Positions 36,742-64,000 of a stretch of DNA of 64,000 bases are shown piece after piece (positions within the stretch are counted from its first letter, which is position 1; each line of letters opens with the position of its first letter). Location: the NCBI GenBank assembly GCA_963693365.1, contig CAVNZM010000008.1:682001-746000 (forward strand). The letters run 5' to 3'. The notes beneath the pieces are model-generated. The model ran no database searches and was not told where the DNA came from. It saw nothing but the letters and a program-made list of their open reading frames with translations. The DNA is from Amoebidium appalachense (taxonomy: Eukaryota; Protista; Ichthyosporea). A program made the position numbers and the translations under genes.

Positions 36742-37489
36742 TCTAAGACTGAGAGACTGAGAGACTGAGAGACTGAGACCCTGTTACAACCAAGGACCAG
36801 AAATTCTTGTGCAGCTTTAATTCCTGGGAACTTCGCAGAAACCGAACTCTCCCATCATCGATGTAATGGTGATATCCAAACCTACGGAACTATATAAGTT
36901 TTCGCATGTCGTTATACAATAAACCCGACTATCATACCGATCGCATAGGGATCCCCTTGGCCTTGAGGTAGTTTGTGTACTCACCTTTGGACCACTACTC
37001 TGACGCCCGGGTTTGCAGCGATTGCCGTGTCATTTAGCCATAAATGGACATGCTTAAATAGATTACCAATCAACTTTGGGCCTCACATAAAACTATTTTT
37101 AGCCTGCAGGCCGCATGTGTGGACCATATCGGCCGTGCGGGCGGGGCGGCGCGCGTGCTCGGTGTCAAAACCAATTAGCCTATGGGCCTTAGTCTCTATC
37201 ATACTCTCAGAAGAAGAAAATAAACACAAGCAGCCAATTCACGATAAATACGCTGCATTGATCAATTAGGCTGTCAGCTGCAGTGCCCCGGGCCCTGTAC
37301 ATGTCGACCACCCCTACAGCAAAAAGCCGGGCCAGCAAGTCTCCTGAGCACGTCAACTTAGGAGAGAATAAAGCTCACGCTAAAACATCTTTGCACCTGT
37401 TCTGTTTGTACAGCAGCCGTCACGAAGATACATAACCCCGACTCCCCGAGTAGTACTTTAGTTGGCGTCAGTACAGCGCACAAAGTTAT

Positions 37490-38689
37490 GTGATGCATAT
37501 CTAATCTTGTACCTGATATAGCTAACAATTTACACACATTTACATTATCATCTAAACCTGTACCTATAGTTCCAGAATACAAATATCTTGGTGTTCCGGT
37601 TGATTCTGTTGGTGTTATGTTTCCCCATATGGTCGAAAAGAGGGTAGAGTTGGCTCGTAAGCGGTTAGCTTTCTTCTCGGCTAATATTTTTAAAGACACA
37701 CCCCTCCATCCTTCTATTAGACTTACATTTATTCGCACTTTTGTCTTCCCGGCATGTGAATATGGTTTACCCCTTCTCGCCGCTTGGATCAAGAAAGAGA
37801 GAACTAGAGCGCTTAAACCCTTGGCAAATTTCCTTGAAGCAGAAGTTGCCTCCTTTCTATCTAACAACTGTTGTAAACCTGGGCCTGTAACGCTCTCGAT
37901 ATATGGTCTGGTCCCAATAGCTGCTAGAGTATCCTATCTCGCGCTGAAATTCAATAAGCACATAAGCCGCTTAAAGAAGTATTTGCCCTCCCACCCTCTC
38001 TTCTCTATCCGACCTGTCCCCTCCTCACCTCTCCCCTCTTTCCTCCCCTCTCTCTCCCCTTCTCCCCTGGGCACAAATACAAATAAACCCCGCAATAGTG
38101 TGTGTGTGACTTTGGACTGCCACTTACTTATTAAACATGTACACAATCACAAGATAATCACGCAATATAACAAATGGAAAAAGATACCACACGACACTAG
38201 ACCCGATGAAAGCATACACCTTGAAAAACTAAGCCTTATGTCTCGTTTTATATATACTGACCGCCTCAACCATATTGCCAAATATGGCACTCGCAAGTGT
38301 ATAACACCTAAATACATATTACCTTCCTGTAGAACTGGTCTTTCTCTAGCTGATGGTATTATTGATCAATTACCACGCTTTTACTGTACACGTGCTATAC
38401 AGTGGAGATCTAATAAGTATAAGGTGGCATCATTTGCATGCCCAAACAACACACACACACACCAGTTTAACCGGTCATGTATCGCCAAATGTAGTTTGAT
38501 AGACCACATAATACCGCAACACACACACGTCACATTCACAACAGACACCCAGAAAGATAGCCTACCTGTAAATTACAACATCCTTGATTTTATACTAAAC
38601 ACGCGTAACTACGACCTGTTTATTAGATGTATTGATTGGCTTGAGAAACACATCACTACAAAATTATAGCGCACGCGCACACACACACA

Positions 38690-38742
<53 letters not shown>

Positions 38743-38774
38743 CCAGCTGATACCGAGTGTCCCGAGGGGAGCCC

Positions 38775-38812
<38 letters not shown>
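37490..38812 (+). mobile_element. 5'-truncated non-LTR retrotransposon (LINE) fragment
   Basis: AT-rich intronless ORF starting at the end of the RT domain (PIVPEYKYLGV), then thumb region (IRLTFIRTFVFPACEYG) and a Cys/His C-terminus. Followed by a (CA)n tract (38677-38740) and poly(A) (38779-38812). Confidence 0.8.
37617..38669 (+). CDS. LINE ORF2 C-terminal part (end of RT, thumb, Zn-binding C-terminus); reading frame open from ~37494
   Basis: 350-aa ORF, in frame with upstream EYKYLGVPV. C-terminus AIQWRSNKY..ACPNN..FNRSCIAKC..NYNILDFILN. The catalytic YADD region is absent. Confidence 0.75.
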   Translation: MFPHMVEKRVELARKRLAFFSANIFKDTPLHPSIRLTFIRTFVFPACEYGLPLLAAWIKKERTRALKPLANFLEAEVASFLSNNCCKPGPVTLSIYGLVPIAARVSYLALKFNKHISRLKKYLPSHPLFSIRPVPSSPLPSFLPSLSPSPLGTNTNKPRNSVCVTLDCHLLIKHVHNHKIITQYNKWKKIPHDTRPDESIHLEKLSLMSRFIYTDRLNHIAKYGTRKCITPKYILPSCRTGLSLADGIIDQLPRFYCTRAIQWRSNKYKVASFACPNNTHTHQFNRSCIAKCSLIDHIIPQHTHVTFTTDTQKDSLPVNYNILDFILNTRNYDLFIRCIDWLEKHITTKL

Positions 38813-38813
<1 letters not shown>

Positions 38814-39307
38814 GGGGAACCCCAACTAATTGATTTCTCCTTGTAGTCTTTATGGTGTCTCGTAGAGAAAGTAAACCCTGATATATAGTCACCACCCGAC
38901 ATCTATGTACGTGATCATGATATACCGCTGAGGGGATATTCCGAGCAAAACCCCCCCCCCATACCTGAGACTGGTTCTCTTTGCCTCGAGTAAACAGCGT
39001 AAACCCCCATATCTAACCAATCAGCTGAAGTAATAAGCTGTCGATTCGGTTCGAGTCAACGACGGTCTGTCGAATCGGGTCGTATCCGCACATGACTCTA
39101 CGCGTTACGTCATCGAGTGCACAACTGCGCCACCTTCTCCAGCTGTCATATGTGTACAGTGTGTGTGAAAAACTTACACGCATACGTACGTGTTATGGGT
39201 ACATCTTATTCGTATGCGGAGCCCACGTGGGTTTGCTTTTAGGAAGAAGTCAGGGCAATCTTCAATCTTTGTTATCAGCTGTTCAAAACGCAATACACCC
39301 TAGGAGT

Positions 39308-40567
39308 ATGGACTACCCTCCAAGCCCGAGTGTGGACGGGGTGAGCTTGCCCTGCCTGCCTCCGCGTGCACGCACACCCCCTACCCCCACCTCTGCAGTT
39401 GACAGTGCAGCCAGCTCCCCGAGCGCCCCAGCCAAGCGCACAGGCACACACCTTGACTGCGAGATTACACACACGACAAAGCGTGCACGGGGGATCGAAG
39501 AAACAACCATCGCTTCGCAGGAGATGTTTGGGTTCTCTCTCTTTTCAGACACAGGCCCAACACCCACATCCTTTGCCGATCTTCCCCCTCTCGACCTCAC
39601 ACTGTCTCTTACCGATTCTGGTACGGCTCTATTAGACTTCTCTGCTTTGGGGCTGGGCACTGGGAGTCTTCCTCTGCTGGACGAGTCATCATGGCAACTT
39701 CTCACAGGGGGTTTTGACCTTACCACACCCCTTGAGTTGACGCTAGACGGGTTGGAGCAACCAATACAGCAGGCAAAAGGACATGGACAGCAAGGAACAC
39801 AGCTAGCGGTGAGCAGTGTGGTGCCACCTACACAAACAGAGAAGAGGAAGTGTCCCCGGTGTGCCGTCAACCTAAAGCCAACGTACATCAACCTGGAGGA
39901 GCAGATACTGCTGTGTCGAAAGGTGGGCGTAGATCTTTTCTTTTCAAAGTACTGCTTTTTTGGTTTGCTCCCCCTTGGAAACTGGAGCTTGAACTATGCT
40001 TCTCTTAACTTAAAAAGAACGGTGGTTTGTTTGCTTTGCTCCCTCTTGCGTCTGCTCCCCCCCAACCACCACCACCACCAACAACATACACACACACACA
40101 CACACTCTTGCACTCATGTGAGCGCAACCGCCACGCATGCACACAGGGGCACACCTCTGTTAGAAATGTAACGAAAAGGAAATAGGCATTTGGTGCTTGG
40201 TTTGGCGTTTGCCATCCCTTTGCTTTTATTCAATACGTGTGCCTGTCCTGGCGTGCTCAATGAGACAAACCCTATTCTGCTCAGGGTTGTTTGTATACCT
40301 TGCCTGGAAGTGGCACACACACTGACCTCCTACCCCTCCCCCCTCCCCCTCCCCCCCTCCCCTCATACACGCATCCACACCTCCACCTACACATTACCCA
40401 CCCACCCACCCACACAAATGCGCCCGCGCGCGCGTGCGCGCACGCACACATACACACACACGCACACACACACACAGTGCGACTTCCCCCTGGGTGCAGA
40501 CGATGACCCTCTGGAGTACATCATCCCCTGCCCAGGCAGCAAAGGTGTGGACCTCGAGCACCCCTAG
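39308..40567 (+). CDS. Two-exon ~234-aa protein with C-terminal C4 zinc ribbon resembling the USPL1 N-terminal domain
   Basis: Exons 39308-39922 (AAG|GT) and 40478-40567 (cacag|TGC) join to give KCPRCAVNLKPTYINLEEQILLCRKCDFPLG, similar to USPL1 CPAC..LKTYRISFQESIFLC...CIYPLG. The N-terminal part is low-complexity and acidic/Leu-rich. Confidence 0.7.
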
Positions 40568-41385
40568 ATCCCTCTCGAATGTTCTTCTGTGTGCTGCTGG
40601 TTTCTGGGTTTTTCGCTTCTTTGCTTCTATGGTTGTTTTTCGTGCCTAGCAGCTATGTGGTTGCATGGTTTGTAGCATGTTCTATGTTCGTGGGAGACCA
40701 GCCTCATGGGCCGGGTCAAACCTGGTTCGGTTCGATAGAGTAGCGGCCCGCGGGCCTACAGTGGGGCAGTACTGTCTTGCAGAGGCTGGGCTGTGTCTGG
40801 GTCTACCCCAGGCGCCTATCACGCCAGGTCTGCTGACGTTATCACGCGCCCCCCACCCCCTCCGCACCCCTCAATCCCTCACGTACGCACGCACACACAC
40901 ACACATACACACAAGTACATACCACCCCTCCCCCCCCTCCCCCCCCCCCCCCCCCCCCCCCCTACGAGCACACGTGAGGGCTACGCTGGCATGGATGGTC
41001 ACCTGCTGGGCTGAGGCTGTCTTGGTATGCATTGTGTGTCGTTGGTACTTGCGACCACTACCCCCCTTCCCCTCCCCGTCCCTCGGTCCCCACGATATTG
41101 GGTGTTTGTACAATTGGTTTGCATGAGTCTGGGCAGGGGGGGGGGGGGGGGGGGGGGGGGTTAAGTGTGTTTGTTACTGTGTTCGCTTCAGGGTTGCTGA
41201 TACGGAGTTGTAGGGATTCGGGTGTGGTTGTTGCTAGGTGTGTGACCTTCTTCCAATAGTGTATCGTATTTTTAAAAATAATTTCAAGAGGAATGCAGCA
41301 ATGGCACGGGGACTGCACCGGTCTCCTTTGCAATGGCCCTGGCCGGTCACTGATATGATCACTTTGTCCTACTTTCCTATGGTGC

Positions 41386-41432
<47 letters not shown>

Positions 41433-41441
41433 TCCCCTCGC

Positions 41442-41473
<32 letters not shown>

Positions 41474-43394
41474 GTCGTGTGCGTACACGCTCATGCCCAC
41501 ACACACACACAAACACACACACACACACACATTACACAGGCTGACTGGGAGGTGAGTGGCACTGGCATGAATGAATGGAGACCGTCTGTGGATGTACGCC
41601 ATAGAGGGTGTGGAGATTACGCACGTGGTTAATATACACACCGGATGTGATGTGATGATAGGCGATGTGGCGGGTGGATAGATGCTGTGTTCATATATTC
41701 TGTGGTGGGCATGGTCGTGTTCGGTTGAGTGTGAGCAAATACCCTAGGAATGCACGAATGCAAGTGTTCTACTGGCCTCTGAGTGGCCATACATGAAATG
41801 TATTTGAACGAATGTGAGTCGAATTTACTGTATATCTACAAAAGCATTTTTAAAAAATAAACCAGTAATGCCTGTGTGTGGAAACCTCCTCCCCCCGCCT
41901 CTCTGAGGATGGGCTCTGTGTATTATGGATACTCCTCACGTGTGGTTTGCACTCTGCAAGCGGCTGTTCTTTGGGAACGTGTATTTCCTATTCCCCCCCC
42001 CCCCCCCCCCCCCCCCCGTCCACCACCACGCCATGTGCACGGCTACCGTTGCTTACCTTCACACTCTTTCATGTACACCTGTGATTTTCTTTTGCACACT
42101 TTCACGTATATGTACAGCTGTGATTTTCTCTTGCACACATGTAGCCAAAGTATATTGCAACCACACAATGTCATCCCATGACTCTGCCACCGGTACCCAC
42201 ACGACTTCACGGTGGCAGCGTGCACTGAGTAATGGATGAGATACCTTCATGGCCAGCTTGGTGTGTGGCCACTACTGTGACCTATAGAGCAAGGGGCGGT
42301 GGGGGGAGGGACGAGCTATTTGGCCATGGGACGGTGTGTGTGTGTGTATGTGTGTGTGTGCACGCGCGCGTGTGTATACAGATGTATGTGTGTGCGTGTG
42401 TGTAGGGAAGATGAAACTTCATATGCAACATACAGGGAAAGTGAGCATGCATATCTCAGCAAGTCATTGTAATCGCATGCCTTGTGCCTGAGTGATGATC
42501 ATACGGTGCCCGTGCATGTATGCACATTGCACACTATGCATACTGTACAGCTCAGTCGGGGTCCATGGATGTCATGACGTTGCATGCACAAGCACACGTA
42601 CAGCCTCTGGTTGCCGTACATTTAGAGGTGCCATGTCGGGAAATGCAAACGAGCTGCACTCATATTTTGGCGCTGAGTCAAGTGGCTTGGCCATGGGGAA
42701 ATGCAAATGTGCACGAGGATTTTTCAAGGCAGCCATGGCAGGCAAGGCTCAGGGACTCCAAAAAAACATAATATCAATAGGTTTAGGCACCATTTTAATA
42801 CGTTTCGAATGTATGACGGTCACCTGGTATGCGCATGTATGTGCTTATGCGTGTGTGTGCATACATATGCATAATACATACAATGCACACACTGCAAGTG
42901 TTTGCGCGCTCAGTGTGTGCCATACGCGTGACTCGCCGACCTGCAATATGTAATTCCTTGTACAATCTATACCACTGTGTGATCTATATTGGACTTGCAT
43001 CTAAAAGTGTTGCTGACCCATGCCAAGGCTTTGTATATACACGGTGAGCCCATTACCCGGCAGTTACTAGTGTTTGCTAGCATAATCCTAAGAGTATACC
43101 ATGCCCCTACCATCCCCCATTTCTAATTACAGGCTCCCATACAATCCCATAATAATTGCCTATAGCATGTTTTTCCCCCCCCTAAGAATCAGGTACCCGT
43201 AACACTCCGTTAAAGGAGGGTGCTTTCCTACTTTACAATTCAACTTCAGACTTCAGCATCCCCCCCCCCCAGCTGCCTGTCCTTCCCTTTCAAACAAATA
43301 CACATGCAATAAAACTAGTAGAGCGAATTACGTTGAAGCAAAGAACCCGGATACTTTTTTCTAAATATGATTCACAATATCACAGGTCTATCAG

Positions 43395-43447
<53 letters not shown>

Positions 43448-43642
43448 AAAAACAAACAAAAAAAACAAACCCCCCCAACCCAACCCACAATACACACACC
43501 AAATGCTTCGTTACACTTTCGCACAGTCTTTGGGTACCTAACGAAATGGCCCCTTGTGGGTGGTTGATACACCTATCTCATTCTAACATGCACTATCTCT
43601 GCACCCTCACCGAATGGAATGCATGCTGTGAGCATTCTTAGG

Positions 43643-60106
<16,464 letters not shown>

Positions 60107-62269
60107 GATGCCGACACTCTATTAACATCTATGCCTGCGCCCACACGGGCCCACCCTTTTCCATCTCATAGCAGGCTCCAAGCTCTCTGCCTTGCATCGT
60201 TTGCCACTCTAGGCTGACCGTTCACCTGAGATCATGCATCCAACTTCTGTGCTTGGCTGTTGACAGTGCACAGCAGAGCACACCTAACGAAACGGTGCAG
60301 CCGAAGGAATTGCTAAAATGCAGCTACATGCGCAGTAATATGAGAGATGCGCAAGACAACAACTGAAAATGACGGCATCTCCCAAGTCTAATACAGTATT
60401 GCCTTCCCCTCCTATTCGGCTTTGTAAATATCGCAGTGTCACTGAACTTGACTGGTTTCAAGCTGGATGGCATTTTAGCGCTCACAGCACATACATGATA
60501 ATCAAACACCTATTAAAGTTTAAGACGGTGTTAAGCTGTACAAGATGTAATTCATTTGTATGATTCGTAAACATTTCATAGATGAGTTATTGTTGGCAGG
60601 TCAGTTGCCAATACCGCGTACTGTTTAGGCATTCCTCTGAGGCTCTGTTGTCGAACACCAGAGCTGCCAGTGCAGCTGCAGCTGATCATTGCAGTCCATC
60701 TGTACCTGCCTGTTCTTGCGGACACAGCCAAGGTAATGGACAGGATGTGAGCCTCGATGGTGTGCCCACATAGGAATTAGTTGGCATAAAAATCGTGCCT
60801 GTTGAAACGTGCAAATTCTTGACCCAGTGTCCGTTCCCAGCCTCCAAAACACCACTATGGCAAAGAGAACAAGAAGGTATCGGACATCAGGGTGGGTGGA
60901 GAAGGAGGGCATGAGGAGAGTAAGGAGACTAAGACTGTGAAAGGGAGGGAGATAGTGGGTATGGGGGAGGGACAGAAGCAGAAAGGGGGGGAGGGCGGAA
61001 AGGAGGGGCGGAGAGGCGGAGGGCTCTTTTTAAACTCTCAATATTTTTGGTCGTCAGATTATGATATTAAGCCAACTATTAGTCAACTGGGAAAGAAACA
61101 TCAGTTACGCCATTTGCCCTACAATCGCAAGGTGAGTGCGAAAAAAAACCAAAAAAGAAACAATAAAAGGCCTACTTATTACAACAAGTAGCAATCAAAC
61201 GTTCAGACCTCAGCACTACTCAGTAAGGCATGACCCCAGCTACTTGGGCACTCTCACCAGCTCCTAGTACTAGTAGACGTACACCACGCAAGAAACCAGA
61301 CAACGGAGATGCACCCGTTGACCTGCCCTTGTTGGAGGTTTGTAGCGTGTGGATGGACGTGATCCCTCTTTTGTTACATCAGGTTTCCGGTCGTTGCAGT
61401 GGCCTAGTCTACTATGTGACGGGAAAGCACCTTGCACTCTCTGAAAGTGAACCGAAGACTGACTTTTCAGAGAACCACCCAGTGTCTCACTTTTATCAAA
61501 GAGTCTGACCGGGCAGCCACATGCACTTACTTGAAAAGGAACAAAAACATACCTTCTTAAGGGTTCATTCTATAAGGAACAAAAACATACCTTCGTAAGG
61601 GTTCATTCTATCATGTTTATTTCTTTCCGTTTTTTGCTCATTGTGAAAACACACTGTTGACATGCTACGAACATATGCATGCTAGTCTTACCCCCAAGAT
61701 GTGGTAGCAGAGCTCTAGAGTCGCCGGCCCAGTGATAAGGCAGCGTAACACGTACGTGTGCAAGCCAATATGTATGTCCTTAAGCTAACGTGTATGCGGC
61801 CCTTTGATTCAAGGTAAGCCGCAAGCAACGATACGGGCTACCGATAGCCTTCTTTTACCGGTACGGCAGTTAGAACCTTGCACAGGTGTTCTGTACACAT
61901 GTCTTCCTCACTCTACTATGCATATTGGTTTGCAGTTAACAACTGCAGTTTTACTATTATGTATATTGTATTAGTCATTCATGCTAATCTAAGCTCTTTC
62001 TGTATGACGAGCTGAGAATATGTCAATAGATAACTTCGTTTCACCTGTGCGTACACCAACCCGAAAAAAAGTTGCACAGTAACTCGATTTCAAAAAACAA
62101 GAAAAGAAAAGAAAAGAAAAACGGTCTTCAACCGACATTCGGCAGGTAGTGTAATAGAAAAAACCCTGCTGACACCGACACTCGAACAAATATGTAGATA
62201 AGGTGGTTCGGAACCCATGCACAGTTTGTTGCAACAAAGCACAGCGTTCATCGTTTTGTGTCCTGTGTC

Positions 62270-63215
62270 ACCTTTGCCCCCTCTCTTCTCCACCCTGCTC
62301 TCAGCAACTCCTTTGCCATTTCTCTGGACTGCTTCAGTGCCGCCTCAACCTCTCTGGGGGTCAGTTTTGTGACCTGTATGGCGCCGTCCTCCTCATCGTC
62401 CAGCTCCCACCTCTCACCACCAACCAGCTGGTCAGTATGGCTGATCGACACGTGCACACGGTAGCGAAACCTGAATGCCGGATATATATCAGTGTCTGAG
62501 TGGTTTGTACATACACATCTATTACACATAATTCTGGCATTTCTTTTCAAACAGTCTCCCTGATGCAGCCTTCCCGGACTGGTGCAACAAGAGTGAGGCA
62601 CCGGATTAGCGAAAGGACATAGGCTTTTCCTCTCTCGAAAGTAAACCGTACGTACTTGTTTCAACTACCAGCGGTTCTCGGAGAAATTCGTATGCACCAC
62701 GGAATAGATCAACAGGGGGCGCATAGTGAAAAATAAAACAAAATAAAAAAGCAGCGAGATGGGCCGCTCGTTAGGCTAATAGGTTGCTCAGTGTTTTAAT
62801 GTAGCACTCACTATTCACGGTGTGCGCAGTACAGCTATAGAGGTGGGCTCATACCTGGAGGCTAACAGATGTGGCGAGGCCAAGTCCTGGTGCAGATACA
62901 AATAGGCTATGGCCGTGCAGGCAAGAAGCAGCAGAATGGTCAGCGCTGTGCATGGCTCCGCATTCTTCGCTTGTTTCGGCATGGTCACAGTCACGAATAG
63001 TCCTTAAGAACTTGGCCGAAATGCTTTTCTTCAGTGAGCTGGCAGTTGGAATAAATGAACCATAACGCACAGATGGTGTGAACTGCTATTGGGTGTTAGC
63101 AAAGGAAAGAAGTACTTTTTCGATGCCAATCAATTTGTCCCTGCACATGAAGAAAGCTTTTGGTCCGAAAAAATACGAGTTCAAGTGCTTGAAGTGCTCG
63201 CAACAACCGCCTGAG
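62270..63215 (-). CDS. Probable exons of an unidentified gene
   Basis: Open, splice-site-bounded segments: ~63210-63115; ~63083-62855 (FTPSVRYGSFIP...SVSLQ|GT); ~62494-62271 (TDIYPAFRFRYRVHVSISHTDQLVGGERWELDDEEDG...GAK|GT). I could not join all phases or recognise a family. Confidence 0.4.
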
Positions 63216-63534
63216 TCAAACATACGTGTGAGGCCCTAGGGTTTTAAGAATCCTGGCTGATGAGCACCACAACTAAGTCACAATGTGGTTGTTTTCTACC
63301 CCAAACTAACATATAACCTGTACATGTATAAGCACCCCAACGTTTTCTTGTTTGTGACCCTTTTGCCTGGGTTTTGGCACTCTGGCACAATGACTGAGTT
63401 GACTCGGAAGGGCCCTGACACCGATTGTACAAGGAAAAATGAAAACGCGTCGGATCGGATTGGACACAGTTTACAGAGGTGTGCAGAGGTGAATCATAAA
63501 GTTGCTCAGGTGATCCAAAGATTTTCACCCATAA

Positions 63535-63537
63535 ATA

Positions 63538-63607
<70 letters not shown>

Positions 63608-63611
63608 TATT
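63535..63611. repeat. (TA)n microsatellite
   Basis: Direct reading. Confidence 0.95.
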
Positions 63612-64000
63612 AGAGCTGTCAATTTGTGCAAAACAGCATATATAAAAAACTTTCAATTTCTTTTACTAATAAAATTTTAGCTTGTTGCAGTTTGTTTATG
63701 GTATACTCAAGGTGAGCCTGTAGAGGTGTTTTTGAGAACATCCTACCCAACTCGGCGTGAATGTGTCAGCAGCGCTTATGATTCGTTTATCAGCATGAAA
63801 ATGTCCTTGATTGGTTCAATATTTACGTCGAACATTTTGCAGAACGCATGCGCAGAGTGCCTAAGCTAGTGGTACATGGGACTAAGGAACAAGAGGGAAA
63901 AAGGGGAACGAGGCACTTAGTGTGTGAGGGACGGTGACGGGACTCACACAGAGCTGCTGAGAGTCTGTATTGGGCCTGTGCTTGTGAGCGATGGCCAATC

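Noticed and set aside
61230-61508. 92-aa plus-strand ORF
   Set aside because: No recognisable domain or splice support; the opposite strand is similarly open.

Overview
Intron-rich eukaryotic DNA. Introns are packed with poly-G/poly-C runs, (CA)n/(TG)n tracts and minisatellites, so nearly all ORF-track entries are low-complexity artefacts. Gene content suggests a non-animal opisthokont, possibly a unicellular holozoan (inference only). Manual exon splicing gives: (1) a large minus-strand KMT2C/D (MLL3/4)-like multi-PHD gene running off the left edge; (2) a plus-strand low-complexity protein ending in a DUF2015-like domain; (3) an intronless membrane-anchored ricin-B lectin; (4) a non-autonomous hAT-type element with 12-bp TIRs and an 8-bp TSD, next to a 5'-truncated LINE; (5) a two-exon protein with a USPL1-N-terminal-like C4 zinc ribbon; (6) the main finding, an intact 26-exon, ~1050-aa minus-strand gene (60106 to 43643). 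It fuses the soluble-guanylate-cyclase sensor module (H-NOX + H-NOBA/PAS) to a PH domain and a class I cyclic-nucleotide phosphodiesterase instead of a cyclase, making it a candidate heme/gas-regulated PDE. All family assignments come from motif recognition by eye, not database searches.
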